Shown here piece by piece: positions 11,401-26,400 of a stretch of 64,000 nt of DNA (the stretch's first letter is position 1; each line of letters opens with the position of its first letter). The notes beneath the pieces were generated by a model. It worked only from the letters and a program-made list of their open reading frames with translations, ran no database searches and was not told the origin of the DNA. A program made the translations under genes and the position numbers. This DNA is from Candidatus Omnitrophota bacterium (lineage in GTDB: Bacteria > Omnitrophota > Gorgyraeia > Gygaellales > Profunditerraquicolaceae). The DNA lies in NCBI GenBank assembly GCA_016208765.1, contig JACQXK010000004.1, positions 148,243 to 212,242 on the forward strand. Reading direction: 5' to 3'.

Positions 11401-14400
11401 ATTGTTTTCCTATCTATGTTGTCATAAATTTGCCGCAATACCTGGGAGTAAACCCTCTCCAAGAAAGAACTCCAATTATCAATCGGAGCCAAAAACGCAC
11501 TAATAATTGCCTCGTTTAAAGGAAACTTAGTTACACTTCCTTCCTTTTGATAGGCTTCAGCGCTTTTCAAATCTTCAAAATATAAATAAAGCAGAATGAA
11601 AAAACGCAATAAATCCTGATAGCTTAATAAATTAGCAGAAAAATAGCTGACAACTTCTCTCAGGAAAACGCATATTTTCAGTTCCACTTCTTCTCCAAAC
11701 ATGGAAGATAATCTAAGAATAAGAATTCTATCCGCTTCAGCATCATTAACCATGCCAGAAAAATTTTCGTTATCAACCATGCAAGATACTTTCTTAACCA
11801 AGCCACTATGCTTTCCATCATCGGATAATAACTGCAAAAGGCTATTTAAGTCATATTTACTTACTGTCTTACTCCCAAGCGCAGAAGACACACAAGAATT
11901 ATCCATGTAAACTTCACATAAATTTCCATTAGCAAGAGATTTAAGAACGGAGGAAGAACTATATCCATTGTTAACGATAGAGAATTTTGTTCCCAGATTC
12001 ATTCGGCACCAAAAACTATTGTTGATTATTAAATCGTACTCTGGAGTAAAAGCGTAAATATGCGGCAGCTTGATAGACATCTGTATTGCTTTCTCATTAG
12101 AAACTCCCCTTGATATAAGATTCCTTCGGCGAGTGGCCGGACTGGCGCGAATATTTAATTTTATATCAAACTGCGCACCCAACTTAAGAAGATATTCTTC
12201 AAGATACAATGCTTTGAACCCCTCAACAATAAGCACCTCTGTCCGGACATCTTTCAAAACCAAAGATACCTTATCTCTCAAACTATACCAATCAATTATT
12301 TCACATAACTGTTTAGATTCATTTTTATAATTTACGACAAAGTCATCAATATGCAAAACTTGCACCCTATAATCTTCTCTTAAAAGCGCATAAGAAATAG
12401 TTGTTTTACCCACAGCCTTCTTCCCATCAATGCAAACTAACACTGTTGTCCCTAAGGAAAGCTGGCCTTTTTTAAAATCAATTACCTCTTTTAAATATCC
12501 AAATGCCCATTTTGCCGGAACCGGTATTCCTAAAAAGTTCATAAATAATGAGGCTAATAATTTCAGGAAATTAATCGTTCTATAGATAACTGGCGACGCT
12601 TTAATATTTTGACCCACCGCAGAAGAAGAAATTGAGTCAATTTTAAACATTAGCTTCTCGCGAAAATCCCTATATCCTTTTTGCTTATTTATAAAATCAT
12701 AATAAACAACATTCCTGCTAATATTGTCGCGGAATGTTTCATCAAACCCTATCAATAACGTTGGAACAAGTATTCCTTGTTTCTCAATATCTCTTATCAA
12801 TCCAAGCCCCTGATTGTCTTTTAATTCGCAATCAATAATAAACACATTAAATTTTTTAGTTCTTAACAAGCATAAAGCCGCATCTTTGTCGCTAACAAAA
12901 CTACGCTCAATTTCAATTGATCTTCCTTGGTCATTTAAGAAATAGTTAAACGAATCAAAATACTGAATTATATCTCTACGCAATGGAGCAAAATCAGTTA
13001 CAACTAATACCTCCACAGTTATACTACTAGAGCTCGCTCTGCCTCTAATCTTAACCGCAGATGAAACGCTCCTCTCTTTGTTAATATTACCTAAAGTTTT
13101 TCTTAGTTTATTTTTAAGCTCCTCTGGGCCTTTTACCAATATCGCCTTTATTCCGATTGCCTTTGCCGGTTCAATATCAGTTTGCTTGTTATCCCCCAGA
13201 GAAACACATAAATCAGCAGAAACTCCCAGCTGATTAAGAAGCCACACAAAATCCTTAACACCGGCAGAACCCTGAGCAGAATAAACCGCGTTAAATAAAT
13301 CATAAATTTCTAATATTCTAAGCACCTCTTCAGCAGTTATTTTTGCGGAACTTGTATACAGAATAAATTTATACCTGCCGGTGGCTTTAAGCTCAGCAAG
13401 AAGCATTTTTAATTCCTGGTCAGGAGTTTTTAAATATTTGCTAACTTGAATACCGGCTTGAGCCATAAATTTCTCTTCAGCAGATATCCCAAGAGCTTTT
13501 AAAACTTCTACATCCTGCACCCAACTGTTGCTTTTACCCTTTAATTCATTTCTAACAACACTAAACTTCCTCTTTGCGTGATTTATTGCAGGCAATTTTA
13601 ATTGTGCTTGGATTAGCGCATAAACTAAATTCATATATGCAGCGATAAGGCTGCGGCAATTATGCAAGGTTTTGTCTAAATCAAAAATTAGATAATAAAT
13701 CGGGCTGGATGAAGTTGGGAAGTTATAAATAGCAGGAGCTGTGGCAGCTATTTGTGCCGGCGGTGCCCTGCCACGCACAGCTAAATCCCAACCTGAAATA
13801 TTAGTGATGTTTCTATTTTCCTTATCCAGCGCTGAAGACGCCCGGCTGATTATTGCGTTAGCAGCAGCATCCGGACTAATCTGCCAGAAATATTCTGCGG
13901 GTTTTTTCCTAAAATCACTGCGATATCTTGACCATGCTCTATCTAATTTATTCTGCGGTATACTTTTTGTAAGGCGCAAAAAACAATCAGCTTGTATTTG
14001 CGACCACGTCCGCCATAACGGCTTGGGAAGGCCCGCAAACCTTTCCCAGTATATATCCGGAATAATTGCCGCGTTTATTCTTCCAAGCCCTTGGCGCTTT
14101 GCAGTTAACCCAGTAACAAAGAAACCAACGGAAGAATAATACTCTGTTAACCCGTTCTTCAATTTTGCTTCTTCTTCATCCAAACCGCAAATAGCCCAAA
14201 GCACAAAATGGTGTATCTTGATCATAAAATTTCCCAAATTACTTATTTCTTGAACTCTCTTTGACTCGTAATTATTCCTTTCAGCGAATGCATAGGCAAA
14301 GTTCAACTCTTTACCGGCGGCTACGCGAAAATCAGGCCCATAATCCTGCAGCTTGAATTTCAAGCTATCCCAGCGATCTTTGGTTACAGGAAAAAAGAAT

Positions 14401-17400
14401 TTAGTTTCCTCACCTTTCAAGAGTTTTAAAATATCAAACCCATATGCCTGCTTAAGATAAAATAAAGCCGACAGATCATCCATAGAAAGAGGCTCGCCAA
14501 AATCACTGATATTAATCCCAACGCCCTTCCCATTCTTTTCCCGGAGGGAATATATAATTTGAATAAGCTCATTAATGAATTCTGCTATTTTTATAGTTAT
14601 ATTACTCCTAATATTTAAATCTTGCTGCAACTCTAAAACGATTTTTCCTGCTATAATTTCACCAAAATTTTCCGGCGGGCTTGCAGAATGCTCCATATAC
14701 ACCAATGCTTTTTCTGCTCTGGCGGCTGCTGGAGAAGAAACGACATCATCATTTCCTACTTCTGTCAGAAACTCCCGCAAAAGTTTTGTATAACCTCCTA
14801 ACATGTGAACTTCGTGCCCGCGATAAAAATCTACAAAACCACAAACCTTAACACCATTATATTCTAATTTCTCTACAATCTTTTGCTGACAATCAAATAC
14901 AACTATAGGATCCCGAGTGCCTCCCATCCAAAATACCGGACAAGTAATTTTAGAAATTATATCCCCATCAAACACGCTGCCTTCTTTTTCCAAATCCATA
15001 TCTCTTATCATTAAAATATCCCAAATAATTGTAGAAACTGGAGTTTGCTTACCACGAAAAAATAAATCATCAAAAAACTTTTCAGGAATAGGATTAAATA
15101 AATGTGCAATTCTGCCGAATATTTTCTTCACAATACTGCCTGATAATTTAGAATTTAAAACTCCGTCACGATAAAGCTTGTCAGCAAAACTAAGCATCAT
15201 TAAATAAGCCTTAAGGCTCTTTTGGTTATTCCTAGAGGCATTATCAATCGCCTTAACCGCGCCAAGAAAATACTTCTCAAATAAATAATAAAACTTCTTC
15301 AATGATTTCGGGTATAAAGAATGCAAGAAATTAGCTGAACCCGCAGAAATAACCAGCGCTCTGACTAATCCCGGTTTTAAAGCAGCGAAGCACATTGAAA
15401 GCGCAGCACCCATACTGTGTCCAAAAACAAAAGCTTTTTCTATATTTAACTTCTCAAAAACCAATAATAAATCATTTGCCCTTACTTTTGCCTGAGGAGG
15501 TGCTGTGCCTAATGTTGAACCGTTATACCCACGCCAAGAAACACAAACGATCCTAAATCCGTCTTCAAGTAAAGCCCGAATCTGACAAGCCCAGTCTTTT
15601 AAAGGATCTCCCACGAGAAAACCATGCAAAAATACAGCTGTTGGGCCATTATCATTGCCGCCATACATAAATTTTATTTTGGCACCATCACTAGTAATAA
15701 TTTCGCTGTGACAAAAATTAAGAGACCTTAAGAAATGCACTGCTCCTTCCCATTCCGAAAAACCGCCAGCATAATCCCCAAATACTTCTTCAGGCTTCAT
15801 TTCAATTGGCGATGAAGAAAAATCTCCATTTTTAAAAATAACTCCGGCATCTTTCTGGCTAAAACCACCATCAATAGTAAAAAAGCGATGCGAGAATTTA
15901 TTTCTTAATAAATCCCAAGGATAATATTCAGGCATAAAAACTACAAAACAAGCGCCTTCTTTTAATGTCTGGGCAACATAGGCCTCCAATAAATCCAAAC
16001 GATCAGTACCACAACCGCCATAATAATGGTAAAGCAGATTATAATCTCCCAAAGGCGCCTTTAAGAAATCTCCTTGCATGAACCTAACCTGTCCTTCTCT
16101 TATCGTTCGTCTCTTATTTGGCGATAGATACAGAGATTGCCACGAAAGAGCAAGTTGATACAAAGAGTTGTTAAATTCACAGCCGAAAACATTAATGCCG
16201 AATAAACAAGCCGCCATAACATCAAAGAATCCATTTCCTGAACCAAGATCAAACAAATTAATCTCGGAAGGATTCAAATGAATTTCTCTTATTGCCTTAG
16301 ACAATAAAACAATTGCTTCCGGCCCGGAGGGCCAATGCAGGCCCTTTTCAGTTTTCTTTTTTAAACCTGAGAAATATTTCTTAAAGAAATCAGACGCGTT
16401 TTCTCTGCTTATCAGCTCATCAAATTGCCAATTTAAGAAACTTATAATAAAATCTAATGCTCTTTCCCAAGCCTGCTTGTCATATTCATCGGCGCTTAAA
16501 GGCAGGCGATTATTTTCTATGACCGCCGAGGAGGCGCGGGTTTTGATTGCTTGGGTTAACGCAGATGAGGAGCCGTTAGAAGGATTACAGCGGTTATCAG
16601 ATTTAACTTCCTCCCAAATCTTATAGAAGAATTTCTTAAATTCTGAGCTTAAGTTTTCAGGAGACGTAAAATTGACTCTGAGCATTTGCTCAAAATCTTC
16701 ATTAGAGCTTTCCTGGAGATAATACCGGAATTGATTATAAAATGCTTCTCTCTCATAAGCTGAAGCTAAATATTCTTGAGATGAACGATAGGCGCCTAAT
16801 TTTATATCGGGATTACTAACCCACTGCTTGTGATGTGTTAATACGTGTACTAAAATCAGGGGCAATTTAGATGAATTAACATAATTTTGGTTAATAATAA
16901 TTGCGTAGCCCTGCTCAGAATTAAGTTTTGTTTTCAATCCTTGCTCAAATACAACAAATTCCTCAAGAATAACTGGTTTTGAATAAAAAGTTGCGCCAAA
17001 AATATACGTGCCAAGCTTTTCAAAATAGTAATCCGGCATGGTAATAATATTTAGCGCTCCTGCCTCTTCTTGCGTTATCCCGAAGTACTTAACAACATCC
17101 GGGGAAACTTTATTAATATCTAAACTCCTGGAATCATTCCTATAAGAATTAACAAATGTCCGATAAAAATCATCTCTATATAAAGATTCAATCGTGCTGC
17201 ATCCGGAGAAAATAATAAAGAAAGCACTGAGAATAAAAATGGTAAAAATAAGAAGAAGTGTTGAGGATTTATGTTTGAGGTTTGATAAAATGCTAAAGAA
17301 TCTATAAGGAACCCAACGCGGACGTCTTTCTAACCTACCGTTAATTGACATTGATTCTTCATAACTAATTATGGCATCACGGGTATTACGGACATACTCA

Positions 17401-20400
17401 ACAAATCTATCCCATTTTGCGTCTGCTTCCGGATCTCCAAACCTGGGAATTTCAAAATAATATTCACTAAAGTCAAAATAACGCGGTTTCTGCTCCTTTG
17501 GTTTAACCTGAAACCCATCCGGCAAAACCAGATAAATAGCAATAAGGTAGCCATCGCTGTTATATAAAAGTTCAAATTCAGCAGTATTTAACAATTCAAA
17601 CGGAAGAATATCCAGCCCTTGCGGAGCATTAAACCTATCCTCCAACTCAGGAACCTGAATCCTGTGTATAGTGAGGTTATTTGGCCCCTTCCTGATAGAA
17701 ACCCAATAAGCCTGCTCCAGATCTAGAACAGACAAAAGTTCCCATGCTGGCATTCTCTGAACTTTTTCTGCAATTTCTCCCGAGATAACCCGAGGGACAA
17801 GATGAGAAATATCTGTTGCGATTTTTTCATTAGCTTCTTTTGCTACCGCGGATGATGCGCCCCGCTTACCCACTGTCCCGATTGGGTTGGAAACTGTTTC
17901 CCGATTGGGTTGGAAACTGTTTCCTTTCTCGTTTCGTAATGAATGCAATGCCACTTCTAAGAAATCAGGGTTATTCGTCAAGTATTCTACAATTCCAACA
18001 TTTAGCCCAAATCCTGTTGGTCGTGAAAACCTCTTATCAGTACATAATAAACATGAAACGAGCCACGTCCACTCATGATCTTTTCTTACCACACGGACAT
18101 ATTTATTTATTACCAACCTGATAGTTTCGTAAGAGAGGTTAAAATCACCGTTAAATTTCCGGTATCCTTTACCTGTAATTCTAATTTGAATTATTTTCCA
18201 ATCGCGCTCCCTTTGCTCGTTGCTTCTATACCGCAGGTGATTACAAACACCTGCTAAATAATTAATTAAATACTCCTTTAATTTTAAAAGCTCCCCACCA
18301 AGTATTGATTCTAATGCAAGTTCCTCGGAAGACTTGCCACTTGCAGGAATGCTGTCTATTTTATTTTCATCTTCTCTTCCGGGATTGGGGGCATCTAATG
18401 TCAATATTTCCCTTTTTGCTTTGTTGAGTTCAGTTAAAGCCTCGGCCTTTACTCTTCTTGCGATATAACGCTCCAAGGCGTAATCTAACCTTAACCCATG
18501 AAGGACTTTTTCCGGGTCAAAACATTCTATTGATCTGTATAACGCCTTTAGCCCGGCCTTATCAAACCTATCATTCTTTTCCTCGTTCCCAGGGAAAATC
18601 ACTCTTTTTATTGTTTTTGCAATCACATAATTATAGATATTTGCTAAAACTATTCGCGCTGCGGCATTGCCTCTTTTTACTTCAATAATCAACTGACGAA
18701 TTTCGTCATTTCTTAAATCCGGTGTTCTACTTGTATTCTGCGACTTCACAACTAATTCATCTATCTTTTCCTTACCGATAATCCTATAAACAGCATCTGG
18801 GTCATCACAAGATTGGCTCCATGGAGGATAACAACTTTGAGCTCTTGGATTATACAAACCCTGCTCCTGAACCGTATCAATTATCTTAAGCATTTTCTTA
18901 AGGGCTATTACTTTTTCAGTAAGGCTATTTCCTTTCATTAATGCCAAAGTCGGAGTAAATCTCCTTGGATAGCAATCCCACAGAGAAATTTCTCTCAAAA
19001 AATGAGTAGGAAGCAAGCTTCCAGGGCCTTCTAACTCACAAGTTTTTGAGATTTCAATCAAAATAGCCAACAATGCTTCTTTTGATACAGTCTTCCATCT
19101 GATCAAAATACAGTTTTCTAAACAGCTCCGCACAAAATCCAAATCTTGATAACACCTACCCTCACCAATAAACCCTGTTTCTCTTTCCGCAGACGAGGAA
19201 TAATTCTCTACAGCAGAACTTGAGCTGCTTGGAGTAACATTTTTCCACCATTCATAAAGCGCATGATAATGCAAAGCATTCTCCCGCTCTACACCAAAAT
19301 CTATGTAGCTAGATAATATGTAACGCGCGTTTTCGTTAATTAATATGGGAACCCACGCTTTATGCTCTTTAGACAAACCTACCCAAAGCCTAATAATGTT
19401 TTCTTTACTAAACCTATGATCCACCAACAAACACTGGATAAGATAGGCAAGAAATTCCGGATGGATAGTCTTTAATGAACCTCCGATATTTAAATAATCA
19501 GCCTGAAATAATTTCAACAGCGCTTCCCATAGCAGATCAGGGCGATGATAGTAAACAAACTCAATATACTCAGCTGAATCTTCGCCATAACTCACCATTT
19601 CTAACATTTTCATCTCAACATGCCGAAAATCATCAAGGCTCTTAGTTCCCCAGACAATTGACATCATCCCGGATGGCAATTTCCAACCCACCTGCCAATG
19701 AGGGCATGAATCAAGATAAATCTCACAAAGCCCATCCTCAAATAATCTTTGTTTAAGCCTGTGCTCAATATACCCGCCAAAATATTGATCTACATAGTTC
19801 TCAAAGATATCATTCATGCCGAAAGAACGATTTAAATTAATTGCATACACATTCATATTTTGCTTTTTTAAGAAATGAATAAACACCAAGACATCATTAA
19901 TAGATACATCAATTTCTGAAAAATCACGCGGCGTGTAACTGGGAACTTTTGTGCACTGGAAATAATCATAATCAATTGTAACAATTACGGGAGTTGTTAT
20001 TTCTTTAGCTAATAATTTATTTTTAACTCTCGTAATATCATTATCCAAAATAAATTGAATATCCTGTTTTGCCTTGGCATCCTCACATCCTGTATTCCAA
20101 TATGGATATATTTGTATAATATCCTTAACAGTCCCTCTATTAAGTGCAGCTGCCAACCAATTATTATTATAAACCTCTACTCCACAGAAGGCCGTGTCTC
20201 CGTGATTATCAAAATTAACAACTACAAATGGAGCATCCGGATTTTCCCTCATCCAATAAAATAAATTTTTATGTTCATCTGTTAACAATAAAGTGGGTTT
20301 TCCTGCGCTTGATTTTGTCTCCTGCAATAGCGGGCTTGAAACACGAATTTCTCTTCTATGTTTCTTAAAACAATTTCTAAACTGTTTAACATCACGATAT

Positions 20401-23400
20401 AAATATACTGAAAGCATATTTTTCTGGCGGGGATCAGCGATAATTCGTAAATAACCAAGGCAAAATACAACTGTGGCATTAATTTGAAAGCTTTTAGTTA
20501 CAGTTAAATACGGCTCAAAATCATAATAATTATTAATGCTCTCTATGGCCCCTAAAACAAGAACTATTTCTAGTTTAACACCATCAATTAATACTAAATT
20601 AATTGCCTGCTCAAAAGCGTCACGAATACAGCATTCCCATAAACCGCCGGTTAAAAATAATGTAACTTTGCCGGTAGAATAATTACTCTTGAGCAAACTA
20701 GCAAAATCAACAAGATTGCTAAAATCAGACGATAGCTTATAAAAATCAGTTTCTCCTTCAATAATAAAACCCATTTTTTCTATTGCTTCAATCATCCTGC
20801 GCCTGGCATTATTATGCTCAGCCTTGCAATCCTTAAAACCAAACATACATACTTTTTCTTTTCTTATTGCTGAGGAAACGCCATCAGCTTTCTTGGCTTC
20901 TTCAGGAATAAAGCGTGTTTCTATTCTCTCCACCGCCGAGGAGACGCGGTTCTGCTGCTTAAGGTTTAATTTGTAATGTTTAGTGTTTAGACCAGCGGCT
21001 AATAACTCCGTTGGAGAAGAAATAACAGGGCTGCTGGAATCATCACAACCTTCTTCCTCGGAATCAACGCTGGGAAATTCTAATCTCTCAGACTCTTTTT
21101 CAATACGTTCAGCAACTTTAACCAACAATTTCTTGACCTTGTTACATACTAAAGAAATTCTAATTCTTTCTCTTCCCGGTAAATCATCAATTGCTTTTTT
21201 ATTCTGACTGCGGAAAGAAGCCAAATCTGTAGACAAGGATTCTAATTGTGATAAAACACCTTCTAATTGATCTTTATCAAAAGAGTTTATCTCTTCGCTG
21301 ATAGTGGCAAGATCTGTTTCGGCATCAGAAACAATACTAAGATCTAAGAGTGAAATTCCTAGTGCAGGAGGCAATGGAACAGTTTTCTTTAGAAAAGATT
21401 TTCTGGGTTTATTTTCCGGGGAAGCATGCGGTGCAGGCTGATAATTTTCTAATATCTTCTTATATGTCCTGCACCCGAAGAGGATCGGGAAAACCCTTTC
21501 TCCAAAAATGTCAATTGTTGGTGAAATACCCTGCCTGAGCACACTCTCTAACGGCAAGCTGTACCTGATATTGCCGTGCTTCCCTACTAAATCATACAAT
21601 TCCTGTTCCAACTCATCTTTTAAGTCATTGCGCAGAAAAAAGAAATCAATTATTGCCTTGGCAAGTCCGGCCAAGTCATCTACTTTGCTCTGGATAGTAC
21701 AGCCACGAAATCCGATATAATTAAATACCCTCTGTACGGGCTCAAGCGCAGCAAATTCTTTAAGGCGCGCCTGCTCTATTTGTCCGGCGGTAATTTTATC
21801 CTGCAGATCACACCAATCATCATCATTCTTTGGCTCCGGAATACTAAATATTCTGGCTACTTGGCCGCGGCTCAAAGCAACCCTGCCCAGATCTTTCCAT
21901 AATAGTTCCTCATTAATTATAGGAGGCGCTAAGATTTTCGCCGGAGGCTTAGCTCCCGGCACAAGTTTAGCTGCCGGCGCAGGAATACCAGGCTGACTAT
22001 CCGGTTGAGATAAAAGCTTTCTTGCCCGGCTAATGTTGCGCTCTACAGCCGAACGCTTCATTCCCAATGCCCGCGCAATCTCATCAACAAAAGGAACTCC
22101 TTGATCCAGATTAACTTCGGCTAAGCCTCTAAGGTGTTCGGCAATTTCTTTGGGGTAATTCCGCACTCTGCTTCTTTTCGCCTCTGCTTTAGACTGAAAG
22201 ATAGCAACAGCTGTTTTCACTCTCTCATCACTGGAGCCTTGTAATAAAGTTAAGGCTCTTTTTAAATGCGTAGAAAAACTCCTGCCGGTCAAACTTAAAG
22301 CCTTGCCGATCTCTTGCCGCGAAGGAAGAGCCTGGCGCAAAGGATCTTCTCTAAATAAACCAGAGACATAATCATATATTTCCCGGGTGTAATCTCGTGC
22401 AGTTCTTCTTTGGCGCCGCTTCTCCACCTTCCAGGTTAAAATTGCTCCCAAGATTCTTTTATCTTGCGTAGCCTCCAATAAATCCAGGGCTTCATTAAAA
22501 TATGCATAAACCGTAGAAACACTGCAAATCAACTTCTCTGCAATCTGTGCAACAGCAGGAAAAACATTAAGCTCCGGATTATCCGCAAATAATTTTTGCA
22601 GATAATCTGCGATTGCCTGCGGAAAGTTCTCCTGCCTGATGCCAGATTCCGGATGAGCCCTTCTCCATGATAAAACTGCCGTATTTATCCGCTCTCCCTC
22701 TTCGGATTCAAGGATCTTTAAAGCAGCTTCCATGAATTTATAAACTGTATCTTCCGTTATATCCAAAGCTTGGGCGATTTCCGCTTTTTCCGGCAGCTGT
22801 TTACGTTCAGGGTCATTTGAAAAAAGTTTTAGAATAAAATTAGCGATTTCCCGAGGGCAATCTGCATACTCCACCTTTGGCTTATCCTGTAAATACGGCC
22901 ATTGCGCGACCGCCATGTTTATCCTTTGATCGCCGAGCGCACTCAAAATTGCTAATGCCTCCGGCAAATGATCCGTGGCATTACCATGATCCATATGTAA
23001 TACCTGAGCAATATCTAATAAAGAAGGAAATGTTTTTAAATCCGGATTGTCACTCAACAGGCCCTGCATATGATTCGCCAGATCCTGGCTGTAATCACGC
23101 TGGGTGGCAGCACTTCTTTTATGTTTATACCAATGGGTTAAAGCAGTTTGTATCCGCCCATCTGGATTAGCTTTAAGTAAACCGAGCGCCTCTGAGAAAT
23201 TCCTGCCAACCATCACTCGGCCGGCTGCGATTCCTACGGAGATCTCCTCCTGAGAAGGCAGGTATATTTTCTCCGGGTCATGCTCAAATAGCCCTTCCAC
23301 AAATGCCGCGATCTCTATAGCATAATCCCTGGCCTTGCTCCTTCTTCTTCCCATGTGCGTTCCGAGATTTTTAATTGCCCGGTTTATTGCAGGATTACCT

Positions 23401-26400
23401 AATGCCTGTAATCTGACTAAAACCTTGGGAAAATAAGCAGCGATATAATCTTCTTCTAATCTTAGCGCTTCAGCGATTTCAACCTTCAACGGCATAATCC
23501 TGCGCTCAGGTTCCATCCCAAATAAATCTACAAGATAATCCACGACCATCTGGATACCTCTATTTTGACAGTCCAGATAATTTTTTTCGTGTTTCTGACG
23601 CCAGCTGCTAACAGCATTCTTTATCCGGAGATGATCCAGCCTATCCAATAAAATTAATACTTCATCAAAATAAAGAAATACTGTCAGCTTGTTCACCTCT
23701 AAGGCCTTGGATATTTGCCCGATATTCGGCAAACCAATAACATCAGGATTATCTGCAAAATACTTTATGATATAAGGGCTGACTTTCGCTAATAATTTAT
23801 CTTTTGACCTGGAGGGAGTAAACTTTTGCCCAAAACCTTCTCCATGTTCTTTTAACAAATCTGCGGCTATTGCCGCAACAATCCTTTGATCTCCTTCTTT
23901 TAATAATGCTCGTAAGGCCTGTTTGAAATCGCGATGAACAGTTGAGATGCTAATAGTTAACGCAGCAGCAATCTCGCTTCCTGCCGGCAGTTCCGTGCGT
24001 CCGGCGTCTTGGCTGAAACACCCCCTGATATGATCAACAATCATTTGCACGTAATCTTTGCTCTCTCTTCTGCTTCTATTTTCATACCGATTAACAGCTT
24101 GTAATAGTCTTTCATTCCCGGAATTCTTTGCCAATCCCAGCGCCTCTTCGTAATTTCCCTGTATATTTGCTATGGTTAAGGTAAGAGCTTGGCTAATCTC
24201 TTCTTGATAAGGCAATTCCGTACAAGAAACATCTGCCTCAAAAACCTGCCTAAAATACTCTGCTATTCTTGGCGCGTGATTTGTTCTTTTACGCCCGAGA
24301 GAAACACTCTTTGTCTTGGTTGCTCCACTCCAGCAGGCGCCTAAAATTGCCGCATTAATCCGGGGATCGGCCAATTCTTCAAGCAATGCGATTATCCGGC
24401 CTGAATTATGGCTAACTGTTTCTCTGCTCATACCCAAAGCTGCTGCGATTTCTGTTTGTAACGGAAGGGTCTCTCGTTCGGGTTCATTTCTAAATAAACC
24501 TTGCAGGTAATTCGCAGCTTCCCGAGCATAGCACCTTTCTTGATGCGCCGCTCTCCACCCTGCTACTGCTTCTCTTACTCTTTGATTTTCTGAATCCTCT
24601 AATAATCCCAGTGCTGTAGAGAAATGCTTACTCACGCCTCCAACACTCATCTTTAAGTCTGCTGCAATCTGCGGCTGAAATGGCAATTCTTTACGGTCCT
24701 TTCTGATCCGAAATGAATCTTCAATGTACCCTGCAATTTCAACGGCAAAATTACGCTGCCTGCGTGAATTTTGATCGCCAAAACTCTTACGCCATAAAGC
24801 TACAGCGTGCTTAATTCTTTCCTCGCCTACACTCACTAATAGGCACAACGCTGCTTCATAATGCCCGGATACCGTCATCACATTTAAAGAAAGCTGCCTA
24901 CCGATTTCTGCCTGCGTAGGTAAATTTTCTCTCCTTGGCTGCTGACTGAATAAATTTTTCACGCACTCTGCTATTGCTTGTGGGGTTTTCTCTTTGGCTA
25001 TTAAAGTTGCTATACGTATACGAACATCATTAATTTGCATTAATCTCATAAGCAAATCTGCCCAATAATTAACAGAAATGGTTTCCTGACAATATCCTAC
25101 TTCTAAACCAATCTCTCTTTGCGTGGGCAATCTTATAGCTTCCGGGTTCTTCACAAAATAATCCAAAATATATGCCAATATTCTTTGTATAATTTCCTCC
25201 TTACGCGCATCCTCCTGAGATAATGGCGCAGGTTTTCTTGCAGGCGCCGGGTATAACGCAGGTGCAGGTTTTACAGGTGCCACAGGCCTGGCATCCGGCA
25301 CAGGACCAGCCAAGATTCTCTTTGCTAATTCAAGATTTAACAGATTCATTTGGTCAGTTAAGCTTCTATCAGCGCTTAACACTGCCTCCGCTACTTCTAA
25401 TGCAAGCCCGCTCTCTTCAGCAATTTCCCGAGGATTAACCATCAGCCCTTTTGCTTCGATAACTACCATTGCGTCAACAACTGCTCTCCTTGCTTCCGAT
25501 GTTTGTATCGGTTTACCTTCATTCCCTGTGCCCTGCGCTGGCTGAGCTTGTGCGCCTCTGAATATCGTTTCTAATTCAGGTTCTTTATTCATAAGCCTAA
25601 AGAAAAGTGACCTGTTGAGACCAACCTTAGCCACCAGTGCATCAATAGTTACTGGCTCTTGATTAGACACCATTGCATCAATAGCTTTCTTCAGCGTGCG
25701 GCACTGACTCAGGGCAATTTCTTTTTTTAACTCAGGGCTATCCCGTAAAACATCAAATAAATTATGGCGATCCAAAACTCCCAGTTCATTCGCAAGCCTA
25801 TGCGTAGTAACAGGTAAACAACACCCTTTCTCTTCATATCTATGAAGCGCATTCCTTATCTGATCTTCCTGGGCATTCCTTAAAGTACTTCTGACAAGAT
25901 CAAGCCCCAGGCACGCCTGCAAATCATCAGGGCGCAATCCGGTAGCTGTTAACAATACCCGATTACTGATAAAAGCCCCATTCAGCAGATTCGGGATTAT
26001 ATTCTCAACCACCCATTTACCTCGGGCAAGCTCAACTGCTTTTCTTTGAACAGGATTCATCATGATAATCTCAGAAATAGTCCTGCGGTCTATGCCTGAA
26101 TAATCTGAAATTGCCATAATACAGGGAAAGGCATTTTCCGGAAGCGGCAGAAGTTCATTTATTAATACTGATAGGGCATACCAAGCATGCTCATCAATAT
26201 ATAATCCCAAAACCTGAAGCATCCTTATCCAGTTGCGCCAGATAACTAACTCGGATTTTCCCAAATCATTTCCCGCCACTTTTTTATCTAAATTAATTCC
26301 CGGCTCAGAAAAGTATTTAAATTTGTAGGTAAAGTAAGCTGCCATTGCTTCAGAATTACTATCTTCAAACGCTAAAAGCGCAATATTAATTCTTTCTGCC

